Shown here one piece after another: positions 42,234 through 54,192 of a DNA stretch of 64,000 nucleotides. The translations under genes were made by a program, and so were the position numbers. The stretch is taken from positions 1 to 64,000 of the forward strand of contig CT868618.1 of NCBI GenBank assembly GCA_000165425.1. The letters are read 5' to 3'. How positions within the stretch are numbered: the stretch's first letter is position 1; each line of letters begins with the position of its first letter. Origin of the DNA: Paramecium tetraurelia. Taxonomy: Eukaryota. Below the pieces are notes generated by a model. That model worked only from the letters and a program-made list of their open reading frames with translations. It ran no database searches and was not told the DNA's origin.

Positions 42234-43863
42234 ATGTTTTATGCTGGCATTGACAAAAACAAAAATGAATTTTAAATCAAGAATGCTCAACAAGAATAAC
42301 AAGGAACTCCTGTTTAATCTAATAGAAAAGCATAAGGCTCTGATTAACCTAAGCCTGTAAGTGCAAAACCACCAAAAGTCTTAAAGGATGCTGGTTCAAA
42401 AGCTATTAATTATCCATAGATTACTCATGACATCTTAGATTAATAAACTGCAAATTTGATTTTAAAGGATCTTCCAATTGGTATTTAATTATAATAATAA
42501 AATTCAAATAGGATAACCATCGCAATAATTTGATGCTGTTGAGGCTTTATTAAATCAACATAAAATACAAAATTAAAGTCCAATAAGGAGCAGTTAAAAG
42601 GATAGTGGAAATTCAAAGGATTTAAATAGTGCAATGGCAAGAAGATTGGCAGATGTAGAAAAATTAGCATAAAATCAAAAATTAGAATTGAAGGAGAAAT
42701 ACAACATCATTGAGTAATTGAGAGAGAAAGTGCAGGAATTAACAGAAATTAATAGGAAATTGGGAAGTGGGGATAAATAAGCATATATGAATGAGATTAA
42801 TAATTTAAAAGAGGAAAAACAAAAGTAGTAAAAGAAGATAGAGGATATGGAGAAATTCTTATAGAAGTATGGAGTAAAATGGGTTGGTGATAAAATAAGT
42901 GATGAAGATGATAAAAAAATGAAATAGATGGCATCAGACATGAAACAAATGAAACCATTATTTAATTACCATCTACCCAAGGAGATCTCAATAGATGTGA
43001 TAAAAAGAAGAATTGAGGAGTTGAATTATATAATGGAGAAGGATGGAGCCAATTAAATAGTTAAGAATGCAAATGGAATGCATCAATTTTAGAAGATGGA
43101 ACCATTGCCTATTGGATTTTATAGGAATGGTATTGCGATGAAGGGACATAAGTTTTTCAGTTATGGTTCAAATGATGCTTATTAAATATTGGCAGATATT
43201 CTAGAGGGTTATTTTCCATATTAATTGAAGTAAGTAAACATATATATAATAGATAATAATTTCCTAATGGGACACCATTGAAATTAATTGACAAAACTGA
43301 AGAAGTCTATGAGGCTAAGGCTGATGACAAAAAGTAATGTGGATATGAAGATTTGGCAGAGAAATAATTGAAACCAATGAAGAAAGAGTAGTTTTTAGAA
43401 GTATCCAAATATATCTATCTTAAAGTAATTGCCTGAGTGTGTAATTAAGAATGGAAAGATAATACCAATTAGATCAGATATTGAAAAAAGACTATCAGGA
43501 TAACCAAATTTAAATGCTACATAATAATTGAGATCAGCTGGATGTAGATAAGATCCAATTGATGGAAATTGGATAGTAGACACTGAAGCTCAAAGAAGAG
43601 TTGATAATGGAGAAGATTTGGAGGATGTTTGTACTTTGAAATTCAGAACAGAAACAGGAAAATACAGTTTGATTGCTTTGATGTTTGGAAATCAAAGGAT
43701 ATGTGATATGTATTAATTGGTTTCAGGATTGAAAGAGTATTAAGATAGAAATATTCAAATTATATTGAACTTCCCTAGAACAGTATTTTAGAAAGATGAC
43801 TAAACAACTTTAGAAGAGGCAGGATTGATGCCCAGTGCATAATTATTTTTTAATTTAATATGA
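42234..43863 (+). CDS. UBXN11: UBX domain-containing protein 11-like (coiled coil, SEP, UBX)
   Basis: MEKFLQKYGVKWVGD, PLPIGFYRNGI...ILADILEGYFPYQL, LPECVIKNGKIIPIR, NFPR...TLEEAGLMPSA. Confidence 0.8.
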
Positions 43864-43897
43864 TTATTGATTTAATTTGATTTAATTTTGTTGTTTA

Positions 43898-45612
43898 TCA
43901 AATATCTTATTCATTATTTAAGAATGATGGTTACCCAGTACCTGCTAACAATCTCTACCATGCTATATTTGATGGCTAAATATATATAAGATATGAATTA
44001 CTGTAATTCTATTGGCATAATTTCCTGAATTCATTTCATTCAATGGAATCATGCATGTCTTATTGCTGACATGACCAACTGCAAATCCAGTGAAACCAGC
44101 CATTGAAGCGTGAATTGCATTTTAAGCCAATTAACTGCATAGTTTAGAATCTAATGAATTGGCTTTACCAGCTCTGACCATGTATTAAGGATCGATGTAT
44201 TTGACTTCAGCATTTAAACCTTTTTCTCTGGTGAACTCTAAAATAGCATTCTTCAAGAATAATCCAATGTCTCCTTACTTAACATTTCCAGAAGCATCTC
44301 TACCTTTGTCATTGATCTTGCAATCTCTCAAAGAAGCAGCAGCTCCTTCAGCTACTACTATCACACAAGTTCCTTTGAGTTACAGTCTTGAATACACGTA
44401 TTATAATAATCCTTTTTCTCCATAGACATCGAATTCAAATTCAGGAACCAAACATATATTCACACTTCTAAAGGCCAAGGATGCATTCAAAGCCAAAAAT
44501 CCTGTATGTGAACCCCAAAGTCTCACAATTCCAACTGAATATTTTTTAGAATGAGTTTCTTGATATGCTGCTTTTAAAGGATTCTAAGCTTCCTTTTAAA
44601 TGGTTAAATAATAAGATTACTTCAATTGCAGTCTCAAATCCAAATGATTTGTCTATGATTGGTATCTCATTTTCAATACTTTTGGGAATAACTACAATAC
44701 TAATTTTGAGATTTCTGGTTTTAATGATTTCATGTAATTATTCAGCACTCTTCATACAACCCAATCCACCAATGAGATAAACTTAATTAATTCCATTTTT
44801 AGCCAATTCATCCACTATCAACTCACCATCAAATTTAGATCTGGCTGTTCCCAAAAAGCAACCTCCTTAATGATGAATAGTCTTCACTATTTTTGGATCT
44901 AATTTTAACCAATCATTATTGTAGATTCCATTGTATCCATATTTAGCACCAAATATAGTCTATACTTTGTAATTGTAAAATAAACACATTGTTAATTCTC
45001 TGATAATGACATTCAATCCAGGCAACAAACCTCCTACGACTACAATGCCTGCTTTGACTTCATCTGGACTAAATAATAAATGTTTTCTTGGACCAGATCT
45101 AAGCCATCTCTTTGTTCTTGATAATAAATCATTGGGTCCAAAGTTAGGGTGTTCTAAATTAATGAGATAATTTTACAAAGGATATAGCAATCATGATTGA
45201 CAAAAGCAGTCTCAGGGAGAAAACCTTCACCACCAAACACACTTCTATAATTCGAATTTCCAAGCATGGGATTTACATTCAATGGTAATACTTAGAGTTT
45301 GAGATCATAAGCAAGATTAGAAACTCTTTCAATCTCACAAGTAATTTCTTCTAAATTTTTTAATTCTTTGACTAATTCATTTTCATTTGCATTTTTTGCC
45401 ATCAACTTATTAATTGCATGTTTTTTAATTGGTCTTTAAGGAGATGAAGGAGCAGATGCAGTTGCAGACATATTCTCTTCAAAAACATGTTGAGCAGTTT
45501 CAGAGCACCCTTTTCTTAAAGCATTAAAGGCAGCAGCCCCGATTGTACCCAAGGCTAATGAGGCTAATAAATACAAGGGATTGATGGTTTGGGTAAGATT
45601 TTTTGATTCCAT
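43898..45612 (-). CDS. 6-phosphofructokinase-family protein (plant/protist PFK-like) with substituted catalytic motifs and an N-terminal hydrophobic anchor
   Basis: [99 protein letters not shown]. Confidence 0.88.
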
Positions 45613-45622
45613 TAATTAATAA

Positions 45623-48455
45623 ATGTAGTCGATTTCATCTGAGGTACTAAAAGCAGGAGTAACTAAATCTAACATCCGTTCTAATGTGACAGCCAAGAGG
45701 TACACTCAATATGTATATGTAGACCGAATCAATTAGGTGGAGGCAGAACTTAATTGGGTCCTCCTTAGACTGGGAAGGATACTCAATAATCATCATAGGA
45801 TAATGTGATAGTGAAGTATAAAGATAGCATAGTAACACCAAAAGAGTAAGATATTGATATGAAAATAGATTGATTACTAAGAGATTCCTATAATTGGCTG
45901 AACAGTTGAAGTAGAGAGGAAGAATAGAAACTAAAATAATTACAGAAACCGGCTGATACAAAAGTGAGTGCGAGTGTTATGGATAGCAATATGAAATCAT
46001 TCCATCAGAGTGCTGTACTATTAATAAAGTATAACAGGATAAATCATCGAATTCAGATTTGAAAGTTTCATCTTCCAATAATCCAGAGAGGAGCAGTTTT
46101 GTGGAATCTAAACAGTCAGACACATACTCTGATTCAGATTCTAAAAGAGATCAATCTGAATAACAAGAGAAGAAACCCAAATAGAAGAAAGGTTTGAAAG
46201 AAGAGGACTTGGAAGAGAATATCCCTATTAATTTAAGTGAAACTCCAACTCAATGTTTAATGTTTATGTAATTAATGATTATAATGTATAGACCATCCTC
46301 ATTTGTGAATAGTGAGTAAGGCAAGAAAACTGGTTAGATTCAAAGAACCCAATAATATGAATAATTCATCATTGAGAAAATTGGAAGTGACAATTTTCAC
46401 AAAGAGGTTTGCTTAAACTTTCAATTACATACAAAAACATAAGATACAGTAATGTAACAAGATTGAGAAGAATGACACTGGAGCATTTACAGCAGTTTGG
46501 GATTTGTATGATGCTTCAATAACTGATCAATTGAATGAATTCGAAATATTACAAGAAGAGATCAAGTCAAGCATTGAGAATGAGTATAAATAATTGAATA
46601 AGAACCCTTATTTCTTATTGCCTACAGAATTGGAAGCAATTAAAATACATGCTGAAAGACCTGTATTGGGTAAGGAAACAGCTGAGAAATCATAAAGGTA
46701 AAACAAGAAGTGGAATTGCAGCCCAATACTAAATAATAACCTATCAATAATTTGAGTGGTGGATTAACTGGACAAGGGGGAGATGAGAGAATATAAGACA
46801 GTTCATCTAGTCATACTGGTACTAAAGGTGTTACTAATATGGGATCTTAATAAGTGAATATCCAATAGCAAGTAACTAAGAGTCATGGAAAGACAAGCAA
46901 TCCTCTACCTGAATAATAATAGAAATAGTATGAATAAAAATAGGATGAATAGGATGTTAAGGAGGAAGAATACATGAAGTAATATGTCTAAAAAACCAAT
47001 TCTCAAATTAGTGAACAAGAATAGATCATTTATTAGAGTCAATAAGTGCAAACCAGTTTGAAATATGTGGAAAGAATTCTTAACCAGAATCTCTATCATA
47101 AAATAATATATTCAATATAGAAACTATCCAGAAGTCAAGTTTGAGAAGATGACATTGAATGAAGATCCTAAATAGAGAGGAGGAGCATTCAAAAAGGAAT
47201 TTCTAAAATAAATTAGATGACGAGGAAGTTGTTGAAAAGAAATAATAAGATCCCATTACATAATTATTTTCATATAAATGCTAATTAAGTGAACAATGCA
47301 AAGTAACCAGTGCCGATTGGAATCCAGTCAATAAAGATTTATTGGCTGTTTCATATGGCAATAGAGAAACCTCAGATGGACACATTATGTTTTGGACGCC
47401 TAAAGAACCCTACATACCCTGAACGTATCATTACTTATCCATCCAAATTTAATTGTTGTAAGTTCTCAGAAAGCTAGCCCAATCTCATTGCTGCAGGAAC
47501 TGTTGATGGTATTGTAGCTGTATGGGATATCAGAAGAAAGTCCAATAAACCTATTACTGAAAATAAAGAAATGGCTGGGAAACATAGTGATTCTGTTTGG
47601 GAAGTTTAGTGGGTTGGAAAAGGAGCTAAAGGAACAGATAAGGGAGAATCCCTTGTCAGTATTAGTTAGTGATAGTAGAATTGTTGAATGGTCAATGAAG
47701 AAGGGATTGGAATATACTAATTTAATGAATCTCAAAAGAGTTGGTTCAATCATCTTAAAAGGAAAACTTATAAGAAGGAGTCAATTTTAGAATGTCAGCT
47801 GGATTTTCCTTTGATTTCTTTATAAAGAGAATCAGCCATGTATTTAGCTGCCACTGAAGATGGTACTGTTCATAGATGCTCAAAATCATATACAGAATAA
47901 TATTTGGATAATTACTTTTGGACATTCAGGACCAGTTTATAAGGTTAGATGTAATCCTTTCTTTGGTGATATCTTCTTAACTTGTAGTGCCGATTGGTCA
48001 TGCAAATTATGGAACTGGACTGAAGGGAGTTACCCAAAGCCAATTTCTAAGTATTTATAATTTGAATTATTAAGCAATAAAACTTATAAGACGAAGTGTT
48101 AGACTTTGAATGGTCTCCTCACACTTCTGTATTATTCGCATCAGTTTGCAAGGATGGTAGATTGGAAACTATGGGACTTAACCAAGAATAATATGTTAGA
48201 TCCATACTTTACCATTATGCCCTAGGATTAATAAATTTGGCCAGCCAAAACTATGGTCAGATTTGCTCACAACAGTCCAGTGCTTATTACTGGGGATGCT
48301 AGAGGTGATATTAATGCTTATAGATTATATGGTATATTCGTATTTGTATTGTGTTAGGCTATGAGGATAATGATCCATTATAAGAGGAAGAGAAGTTGAG
48401 AAAATTGTTATACCCCAGTGGATATTCAAAGGGGCAAAAGGAATAAAAGGATTGA
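45623..48455 (+). CDS. WDR78: Axonemal dynein intermediate chain, WD40 (WDR78/DNAI4-like)
   Basis: WNPVNKDLLAVSYG, KNPTYPER, HSDSVWEVQW, LVSISSDSRIVEWSMKKGLE, TEDGTVHRCSKSYTEQYL, GHSGPVYKV, LTCSADWS. +1 indels near 47400 and 48167. Confidence 0.82.
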
Positions 48456-48482
48456 ATGATTGAATGAATTTATATATATAAA

Positions 48483-48836
48483 TCAGTGTAACTTCATATG
48501 TATACTGGACTTCACATACTTCTTTCTGTTTAGCAATTGGTCTATTTTGATATTCATTTGACCTGATTAAAATATGCTTTATAATCTAATTGGTGATCTA
48601 GCTGACACACTTAGAGATTAGTTGGGTGGGAAATCATCTTGAATTTTGATAGATTTGAATTATTTCTATTGTCCAAGATGTATTCTATGTTCAGTTAAGA
48701 AATTGTCATATAATAATGGCAATTATACATGTTCAGTAGTATTAGACTTCTTGTGTTGTGATGATGATTTCTTATTCATTCTGTCTCTCCCTAGAATCTG
48801 AAATAGAGTGACTCTTCTATTTTTATTGAAATTCAT
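48483..48836 (-). CDS. Small basic hypothetical protein (117 aa)
   Basis: Intronless 354-nt code-6 ORF, MNFNKNRRVTLFQILGRDR...HMKLH-TGA. Confidence 0.6.
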
Positions 48837-48857
48837 TTTAAATCATTATTTTAAGAA

Positions 48858-50296
48858 ATGCGTCCAATTAAATTAGGATTACGACTAATTTTCCTTCTCT
48901 TGTTGAATTGGACATTACTTATATTCTACTTTGCTTACATTACATAAGATTAAGATTTCAGTATAAATGAGACTAAACTATTCATAAACAGCATCTTTGA
49001 ACATCACATCTAAGAATCTAATACACAAGATTAGAATTAAATTGAAATCTAAATTGAAATGGGGGGAGAAGAAGAATTTGAGTTTGCAGGAGAAGATGAA
49101 AGAGAAATTTAATTTATTGATGATCCAAAAGGAGATCTCATAGCTGTAGGAGATGATAATCTAGACACTAATTATGATTATACTATATAAGCCATAAAAG
49201 ACATCAACCCAATCGAATAAAATATTCTGGGTACAAATGAACCTATTCGTTAACAAACATAGCTCAATATCCTTAAGGATAATCATTATTGTGAATTGAA
49301 TAATCTCTACGTTATTACTCATCATCAATTACCAATCAATATCATAACAGATTATCCAAATGATAATGTTATCACTTTTGCCTTAGGTGCTGCAGGTTAA
49401 GATCTACTACCAGATGTAATACTAGAAAGTAATAAATTATATCATCTTCCATTCAATGCCACCATATTCTTTATGGAGAACCTTAATTTTCATAAATATT
49501 TTGAAATAGGCTCTTAATTTCTATGTAATTTCTAAGCATACAATCACATCCCTGGTATAGAAGTATTATTCAAAAAATCATCTCTTTATGAAATTCTTCA
49601 GAAAACAGAAGTACCTATACCAGAAACCTTCATCATGAATAGTACATCTTCATTTACTATACTTAGATACTACATAATGTTAATAATATTTTAAGCAATA
49701 TAAGAATCTAGAAGAATCGGAATATTTGATTAAGAATCATATTAAACGATAAGTTTAGTAATAGAGTCTTGATCATAAATTCATCAGAAGGAAATATCAG
49801 GATGGCAAAAATTGTGGGATTGTGATAGATGATCTTATCATACAAAAGAAGGTTGAAAATAGACAAAAGAGATTCTTTGCAATGCTGTTGATTAGTTTTT
49901 TAGATCCATTCTAATATCAGATTTTCGATGGCTTCTATTATAAGATATAAAAAGTAAATATATTCACAATTAGGGTGTTCCTGTAGATCATCAAAGATAT
50001 AATGAGACAATTAGTAAAATGATCACCGGTCAAATTGAACAATTTATTCACAAAATTCCAATCCTCAAGGATAATAGATTCTTCTCACTTATGAGAATGG
50101 AGTTCATTGAAGCAGATTAAATCTATCTTATGTCTATAAGTATCATTTTAATTAGTATATAGCTCCAAATATCGACAAAGATGCATAGATCAAAGATTAT
50201 ATGACCAGTCTTATAGTTTCTACGTTGTAATTAATTAACTTCCAATAAATCCAAAGAGTATCCCTGTATCAGATTGAAAATCATTATCAATATTGA
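48858..50296 (+). CDS. Membrane-anchored, divergent tubulin-tyrosine-ligase-like (ATP-grasp-like) protein
   Basis: N-terminal TM (LIFLLLLNWTLLIFYFAYI), acidic stalk, FQAYNHIPGIEVLFKKSSL...IPETF resembling the TTL N-terminal NHFPG...K...PxTF pattern. Confidence 0.5.
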
Positions 50297-50330
50297 ATAT
50301 AAGTTAACAGATTATTTAAATTAAACAAAA

Positions 50331-51320
50331 ATGGATAAATTACCAATTGGTTATATCAAAGGGAAGGGAAATGTATTCATTCATTCTGATATCCTCCTAG
50401 CCTTTAGATAAGAAAGTACCTAGAAATAAAAAATATGATTATGTCAAACAAACCCTTAACACTGGACCAACTGTACGAGATATTGAAGTTATCAGTAATG
50501 CAACAATAGCAAAAAAGAGATCTGAGATATTCAAAAGAATTAAATGCTCCACTCTGCTCAAACTGATTAGTGTAATTAATGCTTAATTTCTAGGAAGAAC
50601 CTGCACAGGAATCAATACATAATATCATTGATCAATAAGAATAAGATCAATTGAAATAATTTGATGCTCAAAGTCAATACAGCTAGAAAACAAGATTCAC
50701 TGAGGTGTCACAGGTTTCAGCAATTACATATGCCACTGAATAACTGGGTCTTACTGATTAATCTGAATTTCTTCTCATTGATTTAAGAGATCAAGACGAA
50801 TTCTAAATGTATCACATTAAAGAAGCTGTCAATTTCCCTGCTCCTTTACTTCGATAGGATAAGTTAACTCAATAAATGTTTCGATTTGTAAGTGTGTTAT
50901 GATTAATCCATTCTTAGAAAAATCAAGTAGGAAAACTAATCATCATTTATCATTTTGATGAAAAAAATGGCATACCATCTGCAACACTCTTCGCAGAAAA
51001 AGGCTTTGAGAATGTCTACCTTCTAAGTGGAGGAATAGAAAAGTTTCTCCAAAACTTTCCAGAAGCAGTTATCGGAACTAAAGTACCCTCATTTCCAAAA
51101 CCAGAAGGTAAATGTTTATAAATAATGCGCAGAGAACCAGAACAAAATTATAAAGAGATCAAATTATAAAGAAGGTGAATCTTAAATAAATAAATCAGAA
51201 AAAGCTATTAGTGACACAAAATCATAAATTAGTTAAAAATCTAAAATAACTAGATAATCAAGTGCTTAAAGATAGCAACAATAATAATAGTAATAGCATT
51301 CATAATTCATAGATAAATGA
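50331..51320 (+). CDS. CEP41: Centrosomal protein 41-like (rhodanese domain)
   Basis: KKVPRNKKYDYVKQTLNTG, SEIFKRIKCSTL, FLLIDLRDQDEFQMYHIKEAVNFP, FKNQVGKLIIIY, EKGFENVYLLSGG. Confidence 0.85.
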
Positions 51321-51339
51321 TTTTATTAATAAATTAATT

Positions 51340-51795
51340 ATGTTGTAATTATAGGAATCAAATTCTTATTCAGAGATCAAGCTTCCCTCTATCGACATAC
51401 ATACTACTCATAGACTTCCTATTAAAATGAACCCTAGTTATAGATTAAAACACACTAATCCGATAAGAGTGCAATACTTAAGATATTTAGATCGCAGGAG
51501 TTTGGATTAAAAATTGAATGAGCCATTTTGTTTAGAAAGATTTGCTAAAATTAACAATTACTCCTATGAAACCAGCTATGAATAGTAAGGCAATCTATTC
51601 TAAGATTTTAAGTGAATTGAAATGCAGAAAACCCTAGAAAAAGACTTAACCTAAAGAGAAAAAAGTATATCAAAAGCCAACTCTAAGATATTTCAATCCA
51701 GAAGACTCAGTAATCCGTTAAGACGAAATGGATTTTATATTGAATCCAAAGCCTAATAAATCTGTAACGTCAAATAGCAAAGTCTATATTTCTGA
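51340..51795 (+). CDS. Small basic hypothetical protein (151 aa)
   Basis: Intronless 456-nt code-6 ORF, MLQLQESNSYSEIKLPSI...SLYF-TGA. Confidence 0.6.
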
Positions 51796-52088
51796 ATGAA
51801 TTTGAGGATTAATGATTATATTGATTTGATATATTCATTAAATTTAAATTATTGTTGACTATTAAAGTGTGAATTGTTTTCACGAAATAGGATTTATTGT
51901 TGTATCTTAGTATGAATTCAATATAATAAATTGGACTTATTTGATTTAATTTCAATTTACTGGTATAAGTAGGTTTAAATAATCCAAGAATTCTAGAGGA
52001 TTAATTGGAAATACAAATACTTAATTAATAAATTTGATTGTTAAGTGAACTTTCTCGAGATTAATTTTCTTAAATAATTTTTGGTATA

Positions 52089-53672
52089 ATGATTGGGAAG
52101 GATTGCTTAATTAAAATGTTTAAGACTTGGAGAATACGAACATAAATACTGGTTACTCAATTGATCACGATGATTGTGTCTGTTACGATCTTGGGATTAT
52201 GTCTATTTCTAAACTTTGAGGGGATATTTTAGGCTTTGTCGAATGATGCAGAGAAGAAATTCATTATGAATTTTATTTATCGACAAACAAACTCATAATT
52301 AAATGCTTATACAAGGAATCTCGAAAACAGAATTCGATAGGGTATTTATGCAATAAATGATATCAACCTCTTGAATTAATAAATTTACAACACGAGCATG
52401 ACTTTTGCGTAGAATTCTGACAGATGTCTATAAGAATCATATCTTAATGGAAGTTTTGTTTTAAAATGCTAATATTGTTACGGTGTTTTTGATTGTTCAA
52501 ATCAAGTTCACACTCCTGAATAATACAGTTAAGAATTTCTTTAACTTTCTAATTTATTAACATCATTAATCCCTATGTAAATTTAATTAGACATGTATTT
52601 CACTTCAATCTCAAAAGATTGCTACTTTTCAACATATCCAGGTCAACCCTTTGGTGATTATGTGCCATCCTCAAGAAGTTGGTTTCAAAACCATATGGCC
52701 AATGTAAATAAATCTGAATATATAATATCAGAACCTTATACTAATTATTTTGGAGGTGTCTACATATCTGGTACGACTAACTTGTACAATGGAATAGATA
52801 AGGAGAGAATAGGGATTGTTGTGGTGGATCTGAATTTCTCAGATATTCATCAATTCATGGAAGAGGATCAATAGATGTTAGCTATGGATTCAAAGGGAAG
52901 GATTTTGATAAGTAAGTTGTATACTATCAATACATCAGAAGTGTATTACTTATACAATCAAAGTATTTTCGGTTTCGATTAATCAGATGTTAATTTAATA
53001 CTAAACCATAGTAGTGGATAGAACGAGTAAGCATGTGAAATATAAATACCTCAAACAATTTGCATTGAAAATAAAAACACTGGGGTTTTGTGGTATTTCA
53101 GAGTAAAGAGAATGACTGGTGATTATTATGTTCTCTCAATGTTTAATTAATCAGCCTACTCGAACTATTTTTCAACTTTGAGGACAACACTTTCGAAAAT
53201 CTATGCAGAAATAGTTACAGAATTTGTATTGGGTTTACTTTCAATCATATTGTCATGTTTTTGTATATACATAGGTTGTTTTGTTATACTCTAAAAACCA
53301 ATAGATAAGTTGATAAATAGTTTCAATAAATATTTGCTTTATGGTAAATAATTGAGTTATCTTATGTTAAAAGTCGATCATCATGATTAGTTAGATAAAC
53401 TAAGTTAGGCCTTTATAAGAATTATGACGAGATCTATGTCAAATAAGGAGAACAGAAAGAGGACTGTAGACTAATACATGAGTTAATCTTAATATCCTAT
53501 CAATTTTTATGTAAATTCCAAAATAATGAATGCACAAACTAAATTACTTCTTTAAGTAAATTTTTAAATATGATCTTAAAAGAAATTAGAAATGAGTTCA
53601 TCAAGAAACAAATTCATTGATAAATTCTTTCAGCGATATAGAGAGGAGAATTCTTACCAAAAATCATTTTGA
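52089..53672 (+). CDS. TM-dCache-TM-HAMP-like membrane sensor protein
   Basis: Intronless 1584-nt ORF. TM1 (ILVTQLITMIVSVTILGLCLFL), YVPSSRSWF...ISEPY...GIVVVDL, TM2 (FVLGLLSIILSCFCIYIGCFVI), LQKPIDKL...DQLDKLSQAFIRIM. Confidence 0.8.
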
Positions 53673-54126
53673 TTAAAGTACTTTTAATTCTCTAATTCAA
53701 ATATTTATTACAATCTTTATTTTATATTATTATGATATAGCTAATTTACATACAGGAATTAACCGTTTTAATTCTTATACTAATTTGTAATGTTTTAGTA
53801 TCCTTTAGATTCCTATCACAATTTTTGTATATAGATATCAAATAGAAAGTAATTAATTTTTAGGAGTTTAAAAACCATTTCTTAAAATTTAAAATAAATA
53901 TCTACTCTTTTTAATAAACATCAACAACAGAATTGATATTCAAAATTAATTCACTTGTTTGTAAATTCATATGAAATTATCAATAAAATTGTAATTCAGT
54001 TTATAAATAAATGTCAAGAATTAAAAGATTCCCTATAGATAAAAGTAGAAGAATTGTTCTTAAAGATTCTAATAAATATAATTAGATTTATAATATGAAT
54101 TGTTAATTAAAAATACAAATTTTATG

Positions 54127-54138
54127 AAATCCGTTTTT
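54127..54138 (+). promoter_or_regulatory. AAATCCGTTTTT motif upstream of TMP paralog 2
   Basis: Identical to 26008-26019, upstream of paralog 1. Confidence 0.4.
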
Positions 54139-54192
54139 TAAATTGGTTATTTATATTGGAAATGAGATGGGTAATGAGCATTAATAATAAAA

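Noticed and set aside
48858..51320. Functional cluster of the TTL-like gene and CEP41 (tubulin glutamylation)
   Set aside because: Adjacency in a dense genome can be chance, and the TTL call is weak.
39326..53672. Histidine kinase and dCache protein as a clustered two-component system
   Set aside because: They are 10 kb apart with unrelated genes between them in a eukaryote; there is no sequence evidence of linkage.
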